This document shows positions 39,301 to 51,200 of a stretch of DNA of 64,000 nt, one piece after another; the first letter of the stretch is position 1, and each line of letters begins with the position of its first letter. This stretch comes from Candidatus Poribacteria bacterium (GTDB lineage: Bacteria; Poribacteria; WGA-4E; WGA-3G): the NCBI GenBank assembly GCA_963663765.2, contig CAXXUA010000006.1:416001-480000 (forward strand), written 5' to 3'. The notes under the pieces are model-generated. The model was not told the DNA's origin. It did not search any database and was given only the letters and a program-made list of their open reading frames with translations. A program made the position numbers and the translations under genes.

Positions 39301-42300
39301 ATAGATAGCAGCTCAGGGCAGCTGCAAACCAGTGCTGCAATTGACTATGAAACAAAAACCTCCTATTCAGTGACGGTAAGTGTTTCTGATGGCAATGACG
39401 GCACCGATACGATTAGCGTCACAATCAACGTCACGAATGTAAATGAAGACATCCCAAACAATGAACCTGTATTTACCGAGGGTGATAGTGCCATCCGTTC
39501 TATTGCAGAGAATACAGGTTCTGGTGTGGATATCGGCACGCCTGTCCGTGCAACGGATGCAGATGACGATACGCTTACCTATTCTCTTGAAGCGGGGGAT
39601 ACATCTTCATTCAGCATAGATAGTTCCTCTGGTCAATTGCGAACCGGTGCATCCTTAGATTATGAGACGAAGGACACCTATTCCGTCACGGTCTCTGTTT
39701 CCGATGCTAATGGTGGCAGTGATTCTATATCGGTCACGATAAACATTACGAATGTAGACGAAACCCCCACAAATAACGCACCTATATTCTCAGATGGCGA
39801 TAGCACCAGCCGCGCCACAGCAGAAAATACGGGGTCAGGTGTTGACATTGGGTCAGCTGTTTCAGCGACGGATCCGGATGGTGATACCCTGACTTATACA
39901 CTTAGTGGAAACGATGCGGGTTCGTTTAGTCTTGATAGCAGTTCAGGGCAGTTGCGAACCAGCGCAAGCTTGGACTATGAGACGAAAACATCTTATTCGG
40001 TTACGCTCTCTGTGTCTGATGGCAACGGTGGCAATGATTCTATTGCAGTCACGATCAACGTCACCGATATAGACGAATCACCGACGAACAACGCGCCAGT
40101 GTTCACAGATGGCAGCACCACTACGCGCACCATCGCAGAAAATACAGCCGCAGACACAAATATCGGTGGAACAATCACCGCAACAGATGCAGACAACGAT
40201 ACATTAACCTATACCCTCAGCGGGACGAATGCAAGTGACTTTAGTATCGTCAACACCTCCGGACAACTGAAAACAAAGAGTGCACTTAACCATGAGTCAA
40301 AGTCGTCCTATTCGGTGACAATCACCGCCTCTGATGGCAAAGGCGGCAGCGATAACATCAACGTTACTATCAGTGTGACAGATGTCAACGAAGCACCTGA
40401 ATTTACGGATGGAACTACCACGATCCGTGCTATTGCAGAAAATGCCTCTGCGAACACAAACATCGGCAGTGTAGTGCGTGCGACTGACCCTGATGATGGC
40501 GATTCCTTGACATACACACTCGGTGGCACAGATGCCGCGGTATTCAGTGTAGAAAACACTACAGGGCAGCTCAAAACGAGAGCAGCATTGGATTATGAGA
40601 CAAAATCCTCGTATTCCGTGGTGGTCACCGTCTCCGATGGCACCCTCTCTGATACCATCACAGTCACGATTAACATCACAAACCTTGACGAAACACCGAC
40701 AGACACCAACCGCGCACCCGTGTTCACGGATGGTGAAACCACAACACGTTCCGTTGCAGAAAATACAGCAACAGGCACAAACATCGGCTCAGCTGTCTCT
40801 GCGACTGATGCGGATAACAACAGGGTTGCGTATACGCTCAGTGGTAATGATGCCTCATCGTTTAGCATTGTTAGCACAACCGGTCAGTTGCAAACGAATA
40901 CCGCACTGAACCACGAAGAGAAGTCGTCCTATTCTGTCACTGTCACCGTCTCCGATGGCACACTTCAAGATACAATCGCTGTCACAATTAGCGTCACGGA
41001 TGTGAACGATGCACCTGTCTTTGTCGATGATACTGCCACGCGTTCCGTTGCTGAGAACACCGTGTCGAATACGAACCTCGGCAGTCCCATCGTGGCTACC
41101 GATCCAGATGGTGATGACCTGACATACACGGTCGGTGGTGATGATGCGGTGTCATTTGATATTGATGAAAACACGGGACAACTCAAAACAAAATCAGCGT
41201 TGGATTTTGAGACGAAAACATCATACTCAATAAATATAATCGCTTCCGATGGCAAGCTTGAAGATAGTATTTCAGTTACCATCAAGGTTACCGATATTGA
41301 CGAGAACCGCGCACCCGCGTTCACTGATGGCGATGAGACGACGCGGTCTGTCGCAGAAAATACGGGGTCGGGTGTGAATATAGGTGATCCTGTGAGTGCA
41401 ACGGATCCAGATGATGACGATTTGACATACACGGTCGGTGGCACAGATGCTGACTCGTTCAACATCAATAGTACAAATGGGCAGCTCCGCACAAAAGACG
41501 CGCTGGACTATGAAACCAAACCATCGTATTCAGTAACAATCACCGTATCTGATGACAAACTATCAGATAGCATTGCTGTCACGATTAATGTCACCAATGT
41601 AGACGAAAACCGCGCACCCGTCTTTGCTGGTGATAGCGCCACACGCTCCGTAGCGGAAAACACAGGTACTGGTGTGAACATCGGCGATGTTGTCTCTGCG
41701 ACTGACCCTGATAACGATGATTTGACATACACACTCGGTGGCACGGACGCTGCATCATTTGACATTGGTAGCACGAATGGGCAACTCCGCACTAAAGATG
41801 CGTTAGACTTTGAAGACAAACCTTCTTATACCGTCACCATCACTGCATCTGATGGAAAACTAACAGATAGTATCACGGTGTCAATCAAAGTTACGGATGT
41901 AGATGAGAACCGCGCACCTGTATTCACAGATGGCAACAGCACAACCCGATCCATCGCTGAAAATACGGATGCTGGCACAAACATCGGTAGTGCGGTAGCT
42001 GCAACGGATGCAGATGATGACGATTTGACATATACACTCGGTGGCACAGATGCTGCATCATTTGACATTGTAAGCACAAGTGGACAAATCAAAACAAAAT
42101 CTGCATTGGATTATGAGACTAAAGCCTCTTATACAGTGGCCATTACGGCATCTGATGGAAATCTATCAGATAGTATCACGGTGACAATCAATGTTACCGA
42201 TGTAGATGAAAACAACGCGCCTGCGTTTGCCTTTGCAATCACGACCCGGTCCGTTGCTGAAAATACGGCATCAAACACAGATATCGGTGATGCCGTTTCT

Positions 42301-45174
42301 GCTACGGATGAAGATGACGATACATTGACATATACACTCGGTGGCACGAATGCGTCCTCGTTTAACATCGTTAGTTCATCAGGGCAGCTAAAAACGAAGG
42401 CTGCATTAAATTATGAGAACAAAGACGCATATTCTGTTACTGTTTCAGTCTCTGATGGGAATGGTGGTACCGATAGTATTAACGTTTCAATCAATATCTC
42501 AGATGTTAACGATCCACCTAAGTTCACCGATGGCAATAGCACATCTCGTTCTGTTGAAGAAGGGGTTGAGACCGATACCAACATAGGGACTCCAATCGCT
42601 GCAACAGATGAGGATGGTGATACACTTACCTATTCCATGACGGGTGATGATGCCGATGCGTTCAGTATTGATGAGGAAACAGGACAGTTGAAAACAAAGG
42701 AGTCATTGGATTACGAGACGAAAAACAGTTACGCTTTTTCTGTGTGGGTTGCTGATGCAGCCAATACAGAGGTGATTATTGTGACAGTGAAGGTTACGGA
42801 TGTAGATGAAAACCGTGCACCTGTCTTTTCGGATGATAGTACAACGTTATCTGTTGCTGAGAATACGCGAGCAAGTACGAATATCGGAAATGCAATCACT
42901 GCCACCGATCCCGATGGGGATAACTTGACCTACACACTCAGTGGAGATGATGCAAATTCTTTCTCAATTGTAAGTACGTCAGGACAACTGAAGACGAAAT
43001 CATCTCTTGATTATGAGGATACAAACTCATACTCCGTCACTGTCACGGCTTCTGATGGGGATCTTGAAGATAGCATAAATGTGACTATCAATGTCACCGA
43101 TGACACGACAGAGAATAACCCGCCCGTGTTCTCAGATGGCGAAACCACTACGCGTAGTATCGCTGAAAACTCCGATTTAGGAACAAGCATTGGCACACCT
43201 ATCGTAGCGACAGATACGGATAACGATACACTTAGCTATACCATCAGCGGTACTAATGCAGCGTCGTTTTCGCTTGTTAGTATTACAGGACAACTCAAAA
43301 CAGTTGCGTCGCTTGATTATGAGCAAAAAGGCTCCTATTCTGTCACAATCTCCGTTCACGATGGCAATGGTGGGTCGGATTCTATTGCTGTCACGATCAA
43401 CATCACGAACGTTCACCCTGAAATAGCCGAACAAGGTGGTACGAATAATGCCCCTGTATTTACCGAGGGTGACAGCACCACTCGCTCTGTGCCCGAAAGA
43501 ACAGCCTCTGGTGAAAATATCGGTGACCCCGTTACGGCTACTGATGCCGATGCCGATACGCTCACATACACACTTAGCGGCACAGATGCGGCCTCTTTCA
43601 GTATTGTCAGCTCTACCGGACAGTTACAAACGAGTGCAGCACTGGATTATGACATAAAAACTACCTATACGGTAACGGTCACTGTCGTTGATGGTGAGAG
43701 TGGCACAGATACCATCACTGTCACGATAAATGTTGAAAATGTGAACCTTATATCAACTCGCACGCAAGCAGTGATAGATGAAATTGTTGAAAGGGCAATT
43801 GTGGAATCGGCAGATGATATTACAACTGAGCACCTTCAAAATATAACATATATGGATTTAGCTGTTTATACACTCACGTCTTTGAAAGCTGGAGATTTTG
43901 ATGGACTTACGGGTCTTGAAGAACTTTTGATGGATAGAAACAGCCTGACATCTATACCGGCTGGCATTTTTGACGAACTCACTTCATTGGAAAGACTTAC
44001 TCTGTGGGCTAACAACTTCACTTCATTTCCCGATGGACTGTTTGATAATCTGACAAATCTTGAAGTGCTCCAAATAGGGTCTCAAAGTAGTACAGTTCAG
44101 TTAACATCGGGTATGTTTGATAATCTGACGAAACTGAGGGTTCTCAGCTTAAGTGGAAGCCATCTTTCTTCACTACCAGATGATATTTTTGATGAACTTA
44201 CAAGTTTGACTGATTTACGTTTAGAACATAACAATTTCACGACGTTCGCTGATGATACATTTGAGGATCTTACAGCACTTGTTAAACTTGAACTTGGTTT
44301 CAACGATATAACTACATTAACGAGTGACGTTTTTAGTGGCTTAACGAATTTGGAACGTATTCATCTGTATGATAATGATTTTACAACAATACCCGCAGAT
44401 ATATTCGAATCTAATACGAAATTAATATTCATTGAAATGTTTGATAATCAGTTAAGTTCAATACCGGATAACCTCTTTAAAGGTCTCAGTGTTTTGTTTG
44501 GTCTTGATATACGTTCTAAAAAAGTTAACCCCTTACCGATAACAGCCTCGTTGGAGAAGGTTGCAGATGGACAGTTTAAAGTGAAAGTGCACTCGGGGGC
44601 ACCCCTTGAAGTGGAGTTCCAATTGAGTGTATCGAATGGCAGTATCAATGGGGGTTCAACGCGTGCGACTATAGATGTGGGGAGTGTGGAAAGTAGTACG
44701 TTCACCGTCACGCGTACCTCTGGTACAACTGGTGCAGTTACTGTGGATATTTCCACATTACCAAGGAAACCGTATGAGTACGGTTATTTAGGTTTCGAAT
44801 TCGTGAAATCTGCCGATCTACCGCTGACAGTGATCGCTGCGGGTGCCGCTCCTGTTAACACTGATTCCAATCCAATACCCGATCAAACTGCCTTGCTGTC
44901 AAACTATCCCAACCCGTTCAATCCTGAGACGTGGATACCTTATCAACTGGCAAATCCTACAGATGTATCATTGACGATCTATAACATCCGTGGTGTTGTA
45001 GTGCGACAGATCGCGTTGAAACAGCAGCCTGCGGGGTTCTATACCACGCGTAACCGCGCACTGCATTGGGATGGACGCAATGTGGTCGGTGAAAAAGTTG
45101 CCGGGGGAGTGTATTTCTATCAGTTCAAGGCAGGCGAATATTCTGCCCTGCGGAAAATGTTGATTGTGAAGTAG
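36385..45174 (+). CDS. Giant secreted LRR/cadherin-repeat surface protein 1 (~2930 aa; 17 cadherin-like repeats, terminal LRR block, C-terminal sorting-like domain)
   Basis: Signal peptide ending YA-D. 17 LDYE-type motifs counted, each with N.AP.F/ENT/ATD.D. 24-aa LRRs and NYPNPFNPETWIPY tail. Start is TTG after AAGGAAGG. Confidence 0.92.
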   Translation: MLKKQIIFLILPCLLALFGTWSYADITPVSDRTPEVRDAIVAAISDVDNAADVTEAHLATITGLNLRNKGITELKSGDFSGLTSLTNLNLFNNRLSSLPDTIFNGLAALTTLRLGSNTIDPLPLTVSLKKAGDGQFKAVVPAGAPFAIMVPITATNGSISDGTTTFTVTKGSIESSTVTVTRTAGTTAAVTATIGTLPSLPINHYGYTLIKDTGLPLEVISEVSTTTPVPDREDDEPEPIEPVTPAQNTAPTFTDGSSTVRSIAENTTVNRFIGTPVAATDANEDTLTYTLDGIDAASFAIDNTTGQLRTKAALDYEMRRVYILTITANDGNLTASISVIINVIDVADTPFVSTMLPVSERTEQVKNAIVAAVSGVDSADAITATQLSTITSLNLRRSGITELKSGDFGGLTALTSLNLYGNMLSSLPQGIFEGLTSLASLRLGGNLLDPMPITVSLEEDSLWVYRVVIPTGAPFDVVVPITNSIIMAKIPQGRVKSRLITLSDSLLSEPQGNTENEPFEIDASVAIGALPALPANHLGYILARSDVCNRTQQVSDAITAAVPKITDCRNVSEVQLAQIATLDLSGSSIISLAADDFDGLLSLSSLNLSNNQLTSLPDGIFASLPLLTALNLSGNTLDPLPISVILEKVGTNQVKAVVPTGAPFDMRLPIIVVNGSTSGSSVLIVQMGMTESETLLVTRASNTGTVTADFGTLPNLPSLNSGYALTKTNTQPLEIFSRINVAPVFTEGTAANRSIAENTDAGTNIGTAIAATDANNDTLTYTLGGTDTIGFDIDSTSGQLKTKSMLDYETKTSYSVTITVTDGSLTNTIAVTITVTDVDEVPPKEDEVVVTPDDDEEVVVTPDDDEDEVVVIPDDDEEVVVTPDDDEDEVVVIPDDDEEVVVTPDDDEDEVVVEDTPPQNNAPIFIDGNSTTRSVAENTNSGQNIGTPVRATDADGNTLTYTLSGTDAFSFSIDSSSGQLQTSAAIDYETKTSYSVTVSVSDGNDGTDTISVTINVTNVNEDIPNNEPVFTEGDSAIRSIAENTGSGVDIGTPVRATDADDDTLTYSLEAGDTSSFSIDSSSGQLRTGASLDYETKDTYSVTVSVSDANGGSDSISVTINITNVDETPTNNAPIFSDGDSTSRATAENTGSGVDIGSAVSATDPDGDTLTYTLSGNDAGSFSLDSSSGQLRTSASLDYETKTSYSVTLSVSDGNGGNDSIAVTINVTDIDESPTNNAPVFTDGSTTTRTIAENTAADTNIGGTITATDADNDTLTYTLSGTNASDFSIVNTSGQLKTKSALNHESKSSYSVTITASDGKGGSDNINVTISVTDVNEAPEFTDGTTTIRAIAENASANTNIGSVVRATDPDDGDSLTYTLGGTDAAVFSVENTTGQLKTRAALDYETKSSYSVVVTVSDGTLSDTITVTINITNLDETPTDTNRAPVFTDGETTTRSVAENTATGTNIGSAVSATDADNNRVAYTLSGNDASSFSIVSTTGQLQTNTALNHEEKSSYSVTVTVSDGTLQDTIAVTISVTDVNDAPVFVDDTATRSVAENTVSNTNLGSPIVATDPDGDDLTYTVGGDDAVSFDIDENTGQLKTKSALDFETKTSYSINIIASDGKLEDSISVTIKVTDIDENRAPAFTDGDETTRSVAENTGSGVNIGDPVSATDPDDDDLTYTVGGTDADSFNINSTNGQLRTKDALDYETKPSYSVTITVSDDKLSDSIAVTINVTNVDENRAPVFAGDSATRSVAENTGTGVNIGDVVSATDPDNDDLTYTLGGTDAASFDIGSTNGQLRTKDALDFEDKPSYTVTITASDGKLTDSITVSIKVTDVDENRAPVFTDGNSTTRSIAENTDAGTNIGSAVAATDADDDDLTYTLGGTDAASFDIVSTSGQIKTKSALDYETKASYTVAITASDGNLSDSITVTINVTDVDENNAPAFAFAITTRSVAENTASNTDIGDAVSATDEDDDTLTYTLGGTNASSFNIVSSSGQLKTKAALNYENKDAYSVTVSVSDGNGGTDSINVSINISDVNDPPKFTDGNSTSRSVEEGVETDTNIGTPIAATDEDGDTLTYSMTGDDADAFSIDEETGQLKTKESLDYETKNSYAFSVWVADAANTEVIIVTVKVTDVDENRAPVFSDDSTTLSVAENTRASTNIGNAITATDPDGDNLTYTLSGDDANSFSIVSTSGQLKTKSSLDYEDTNSYSVTVTASDGDLEDSINVTINVTDDTTENNPPVFSDGETTTRSIAENSDLGTSIGTPIVATDTDNDTLSYTISGTNAASFSLVSITGQLKTVASLDYEQKGSYSVTISVHDGNGGSDSIAVTINITNVHPEIAEQGGTNNAPVFTEGDSTTRSVPERTASGENIGDPVTATDADADTLTYTLSGTDAASFSIVSSTGQLQTSAALDYDIKTTYTVTVTVVDGESGTDTITVTINVENVNLISTRTQAVIDEIVERAIVESADDITTEHLQNITYMDLAVYTLTSLKAGDFDGLTGLEELLMDRNSLTSIPAGIFDELTSLERLTLWANNFTSFPDGLFDNLTNLEVLQIGSQSSTVQLTSGMFDNLTKLRVLSLSGSHLSSLPDDIFDELTSLTDLRLEHNNFTTFADDTFEDLTALVKLELGFNDITTLTSDVFSGLTNLERIHLYDNDFTTIPADIFESNTKLIFIEMFDNQLSSIPDNLFKGLSVLFGLDIRSKKVNPLPITASLEKVADGQFKVKVHSGAPLEVEFQLSVSNGSINGGSTRATIDVGSVESSTFTVTRTSGTTGAVTVDISTLPRKPYEYGYLGFEFVKSADLPLTVIAAGAAPVNTDSNPIPDQTALLSNYPNPFNPETWIPYQLANPTDVSLTIYNIRGVVVRQIALKQQPAGFYTTRNRALHWDGRNVVGEKVAGGVYFYQFKAGEYSALRKMLIVK

Positions 45175-45259
45175 TATTTTCACTGTGAAGTAGTGTTTTC
45201 ACAGTGTAAGGCAGGGCTTTTGTGTCCTGCCAAAAAATAAAATAAGTAAGGGGAATTGT

Positions 45260-48200
45260 ATGAATCGTCAATGTATTTTATCTCTAATTATAACGCTCTT
45301 GTTAATGATTGGATTGACAGCTTATAGCGACATAACACCCGTATCAGACCGCACACCAGAGGTTCGTGATGCCATCGTTGATGCGATTTCAGGTGTAGAT
45401 GCTGCAGTTGATGTAACTGAAACTCATCTTGCTGCAATCACAAGTCTCAATCTACGGAATGCAGGTATCCCAGAGCTTAAGACAGGTGATTTGTCAGGGC
45501 TGAGCGGATTGACAAGCCTCAATCTCTACGGGAATGAGTTGAACACCCTACCTGACGGTATATTTGAAGGTTTGACTGCATTGACGACGTTACGGTTAGG
45601 AGGTAACACCGTTGATCGGATGCCAATATCTGTTTCTCTTGAGAGAGTTTCTGATGGACAACTCAAGGCAGTTGCACCCACAGGCGCACCGTTTGCAATT
45701 GTAGTACCAATTTCGGCAACCAACGGCAGCATAGCAGATAATGCTTCATCACTCTCTATAGCTAAAGGTAGCACAGAGAGTAGCCCGGTTATCATAACAC
45801 GCTCCGAAAACACCACCGTGGCAGTTATTGCTAACATCGGCACGTTACCGAGTTTGCCTACTAACCACTATGGCTATGTGCTATCAAAATCGAGTGCTTT
45901 ACCGTTAGAAGTGGCATCGGCATTAGAAACCCCTCTCATAACGGAGGTTCTCCCTCCAACGGAGACAGAGGACACCCCATCTGAAAACGTTACGCCTGTC
46001 TTTACAGATGGTAGTATTACCATCCGATCAATCGCAGAGAACACCGAATCAGACACCAACATCGGGAGGCCAATATCCGCTACAGACACCCAGACGCTCA
46101 CTTACACATTGGGTGGAATAGATAGAACATCGTTCAGTATAAACAGTGATACCGGACAGTTACTCACAAAAGCAAGCCTTGACTATGAAACAAAACGTGT
46201 CTACATAGTGGTTGTCACTTCTTCTGATGGTGTTCTTACAGATACTATTACCGTCGTCATTAGCGTTATAGATATATCAGAGACTACATTTGTTTCAACA
46301 GCTGCCCTTGCTGTCAGTGATAGAACACCGGCAGTCCGCGATGCTATTGTTGATGCGGTGTCAGGTGTGGATTCTGCTGACGACATTACCGCAATGCATC
46401 TTGCCTCCATCACAAGTCTTAATCTGCGGGGCGCAGGTATTACATCCCTCAAAACAGGTGATTTTTCTGGTCTCACAGCTCTTTCCAGTCTTAATTTATA
46501 CGGCAATATGTTGAGCAGGCTACCGCATGGCATTTTTGATGGATTGACATCTCTGCTGTCACTTCGTTTAGGTGACAACCTCTTTGACCCGATGCCGCTT
46601 ACCGTATCATTGCAACAAGTTGGAACAGGACAATTCCGAGCTGTCATCCTCACAGGTGCACCTTTTGATGTTACCCTCACAATCGGTAATATGATGGTCA
46701 CAATCTCTAAAGGCAGCCTGACCAGTGAAAACTTCACCGCTACAGGCATACCCACTATAAGTGCGTTACCGGTACTACCTGCTACCCATTTCGGGTATAT
46801 CATTGCAAACTCTGATGTGTGTAGCCGCACATTGCAAGTAAGCGACGCTATTGTTGCAGCACTTTCAGACATTACTGATTGCCGAAATGTTAGCGATGTT
46901 CACCTTGCACAGATAACCCGTTTGGATTTAAGTGGTGTCTTTATAACATCACTTGCAGCAGACGACTTTGCAGGTTTACTCTCACTTACCACGCTTGACC
47001 TCAGTGATAACCAACTCATCAATCTCCCTAAGAGATTTTTTGATGGTTTTCTATCACTAACAGCACTCAATCTGAGTGGAAACACTTTTGACCCATTGTC
47101 AATCAATGTGATGCTTGAAAAGGTCGGCACAAATCAAGTCAAAGTTGTTGTTCCAAGTGGTGCACCTTTTGAGATGACATTGCCGATAAATGTGGTGAAT
47201 GGAGGAATTTTAGGGGGTACAAATACCATTACACTCATGCAAGGAAGTATGGAAAGTCAACCACTGACAATCATACGTGCGCCTAACACCTTTGATTTTG
47301 TCACTGCGGACATCAGCACAATGCCGAACCTTCCAACAAACCATGCAGGTTATGTATTCACAAATTCTAATGATACCCCGTTGCAAATCTTTGAACAAAT
47401 TAATGTTGCTCCTGTCTTCACAGATGACACTACCGCTACACGTTCCATAGCAGAAAACACGGAGGCTGGTACAGACATTGGCACGCCAATATCTGCAACC
47501 GATGTAAATAATGATACACTCACCTATTCCTTGGGTGGTTCTGATGTAACTTGCTTTGATATTGATAGTACTACTGGACAACTGAAAACGAAAGAGGCAC
47601 TTGACTATGAAACCAAAACATCTTATTCGGTAGTGATTACGGTTTCCGATGGTAGTTTGACAGATACCATTGACGTGACGATAAACATCACAGATGTGGA
47701 CGAGGCACCGCCGAAAGAGGACGAGGTCGTTGTTATACCCAATGACGATGAGGTCGTTGTTCTACCCGATGACTATGATGAGGTCGTTGTAGAAGATACA
47801 CCCCCACAAAATAACGCACCTATGTTCACCGATGGGAACAGCACAACCCGTTCCATAGCGGAGAATACCACTTCTGGTGCCAACATAGGCAATTCTGTGA
47901 GTGCGACCGATGCGGATCGTGACACGCTTACATACACACTTGATGGAACTGATGCCTCTGCCTTCACCATCAATAGAACAAATGGACAATTGCAAACCAG
48001 TGCAGCACTTGACTTTGAAGCCAAGAACTCCTATTCCGTCACAATCACCGTCTCTGATGGAAAAGATGGCACCGATAGCATTAGCGTCACCATTAACATC
48101 ACGAATGTAAACGAAGATATTCCAAACAACGACCCTGTATTTACCGATGGAAGTAATGCCATCCGTTCTATCGCAGAGAATACCGGTTCTGGTGTAGATA

Positions 48201-51200
48201 TAGACACACCTGTCTCAGCAACGGATGCGGATGATGGTAACACGTTATCTTATAGTTTGGGTGGCACGGATGCTGCAGCGTTCAGTATTGATAGCACATC
48301 CGGTCAATTGCGAACGAGTGCTGCTTTAGATTATGAGACGAAGAATACCTATTCCATCACAATATCTGTTTCCGATGGCAATGGTGGTAGTGATACTATA
48401 TCGGTTACAATAAACATTACGAATGTAGATGAAACCCCGACAAACAGTGCGCCTGAGTTCGCTGAGGGTGTTAGCACAAGTCGTTCTGTTGCTGAAAACA
48501 CAGGTTCTGGTGTAGACATCGGTTCTGCTGTTTCAGCTACAGATGTGGACGGGGATACGCTCACATACACACTCGGTGGCACAGATGCCTCCTCCTTCAG
48601 TCTTGATAGTAGTTCCGGTCAATTGCGAACGAGTGCTTCCTTAGACTACGAGACAAAAACTTCCTATTCTGTGGTCTTGACAGTTTCTGATGAAAATGGA
48701 GGGAGTGATAGTCTTCGTGTCACAATAAATATCACAAACATAGATGAAGCACCCGCGAACAATTCCCCTGTCTTCACATCTGACAGCACAACGCGCACTA
48801 TAGCGGAAAATACGGTGGTAGATACAAACATTGGTGCTGCCATCACCGCAACGGATGCGGATGACGATACATTGACTTATGGACTGACTGGAACTGATGC
48901 TGCGTCTTTCAGTATTGTCAGCCGCACAGGACAACTCAAAACGAAAGCAGTCCTCAATCACGAAGTTAAGGACTCCTATTCATTAATTGTCACCGTGTCA
49001 GATGGACAAGGTGGGAGTGATAGCATTAGTATCACTATCAACGTTTTGGATGTGAATGAATCCCCGTCATTTTCAGGAGAAAGTACGACCCGTTCTATCG
49101 CTGAAAACACAACGTTGAACACGAACATCGGGGCAGCTGTTATTGCTACGGATCCGGATGACGGCACAACGCTTACATACACACTTGGTGGCACGGATGC
49201 TGCAGTGTTTAGTATTGATAGCAAAACCGGACAGTTGAAAACGAAGGGCGACTTGGACTTTGAAACCAAAAAGACTTATTCTGTGACAATTGCTGTTTCC
49301 GATGGAAATCTTTCGGATATGATTACAGTAACTATAAACGTCACAGATCTTGACGAAACGCCCTCTAACAATCCACCCGTTTTCACAGATGGTGAAACCA
49401 CCACCCGTTCTGTTGCAGAAAACACAGCAACAGGCACCGATATTGGTAATCCTATTGCTGTGACCGATGCTGACCAAAACACACTTGCTTATGCCATGAG
49501 TGGAGACGATGCGTCAACGTTCAGTATTAACCTCAACACAGGACAACTGAAGACCAGCGCAGTGTTAAACTATGAGGTGAAAAAAGTCTACGAGGTGTCA
49601 GTTACTGTCAATGATGGTAGCGGCACAGATAGCATTGTGGTGACTATCAACGTTACGGATGTCAACGAAGCTCCCGTATTTGAGGATGATAGCGTAACAC
49701 ACACCATCGCAGAAAACACCGCAGCGAATACAAATATTGGGAGTGCTATTACCATCACTGATCCGGATGGTGATAACTTGACATATACACTTGGTGGAAC
49801 AGATGCTGCCTCTTTTAACATTGGTAGCACAAATGGACAACTCCGAACAAAAGACGCGTTAGACTATGAAACCAAACGCACCTATTCTGTAACAGTCACC
49901 GCATCCGATGGAAAACTATCAGATAGCATCACGGTGACAATCAATGTTACCGATGTAGATGAAAACAACGCGCCTGCCTTTGCCAGTGCAAGCACGACCC
50001 GGTCCGTTGCTGAGAATACAGGTTCTGGTGTAAACATTGGCAATGCGGTTTCCGCCTCCGACCCTGATAACGATGATTTGACATATACACTTGGTGGAAC
50101 AGATGCTGCCTCTTTTAACATTGGTAGCACAAACGGACAACTCCGAACAAAAGACGCGTTAGACTATGAAACCAAACGCACCTATTCTGTAACAGTCACC
50201 GCATCCGATGGAAAACTATCAGATAGCATCACGGTGACAATCAATGTTACCGATGTAGATGAAAACAACGCGCCTGCGTTTGCCAGTGCAAGCACGACCC
50301 GGTCCGTTGCTGAGAATACAGGTTCTGGTGTAAACATTGGTAGTGTCATCACCGCCACCGATCCTGATAATGATGATTTGACATATACACTGGGCGGAAC
50401 AGATGCTGCCTCTTTTAACATTGGTAGCATAAATGGACAACTCCGAACAAAAGACGCGTTAGACTATGAAACCAAACGCACCTATTCTGTAACAGTCACC
50501 GCATCCGATGGAAAACTATCAGATAGCATCACGGTGACAATCAATGTTAACGATGTAGACGAGAACCGATCTCCTGCGTTTGCCAGTGCAAGCACGACCC
50601 GGTCTGTTGCTGAAAATACAGGGTCTGGTGTAAACATTGGCAATGCGGTTTCCGCCACCGACCCTGATAATGATGATTTAACATATACACTGGGCGGAAC
50701 AGACGCTGCCTCTTTTAACATTGGTAGCACAAATGGACAACTCCGAACAAAAGACGCGTTAGACTATGAAACCAAACGCACCTATTCTGTAACAGTCACC
50801 GCATCCGATGGAAAACTATCAGATAGTATCACGGTGACAATCAATGTTACCGATGTAGATGAAAACAACGCGCCTGCCTTTGCCAGTGCAAGCACGACCC
50901 GGTCCGTTGCTGAGAATACGGCAACAAACACAGATATAGGTCATGTCGTTTCTGCTACGGATGAAGATGACGATACATTGACATATACGCTCGGTGGCAC
51001 GAATGCGTCCTCGTTTAACATCGTTAGTTCATCAGGGCAGCTGAAAACGAAGGCTGCATTAAATTATGAGAACAAAAATTCATATTCTGTTACCGTTTCT
51101 GTCTCTGATGGCGGAGGTGGTACCGATAGTATCAACGTTTCAATCAATATCTCAGATGTCAACGATCCACCTAAGTTCACCGATGGTAATAGCACATCTC

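Noticed and set aside
45181-45237. Two hairpins after giant gene 1 as an intrinsic terminator
   Set aside because: No U-tract follows the stem on either strand; at most a stability element.
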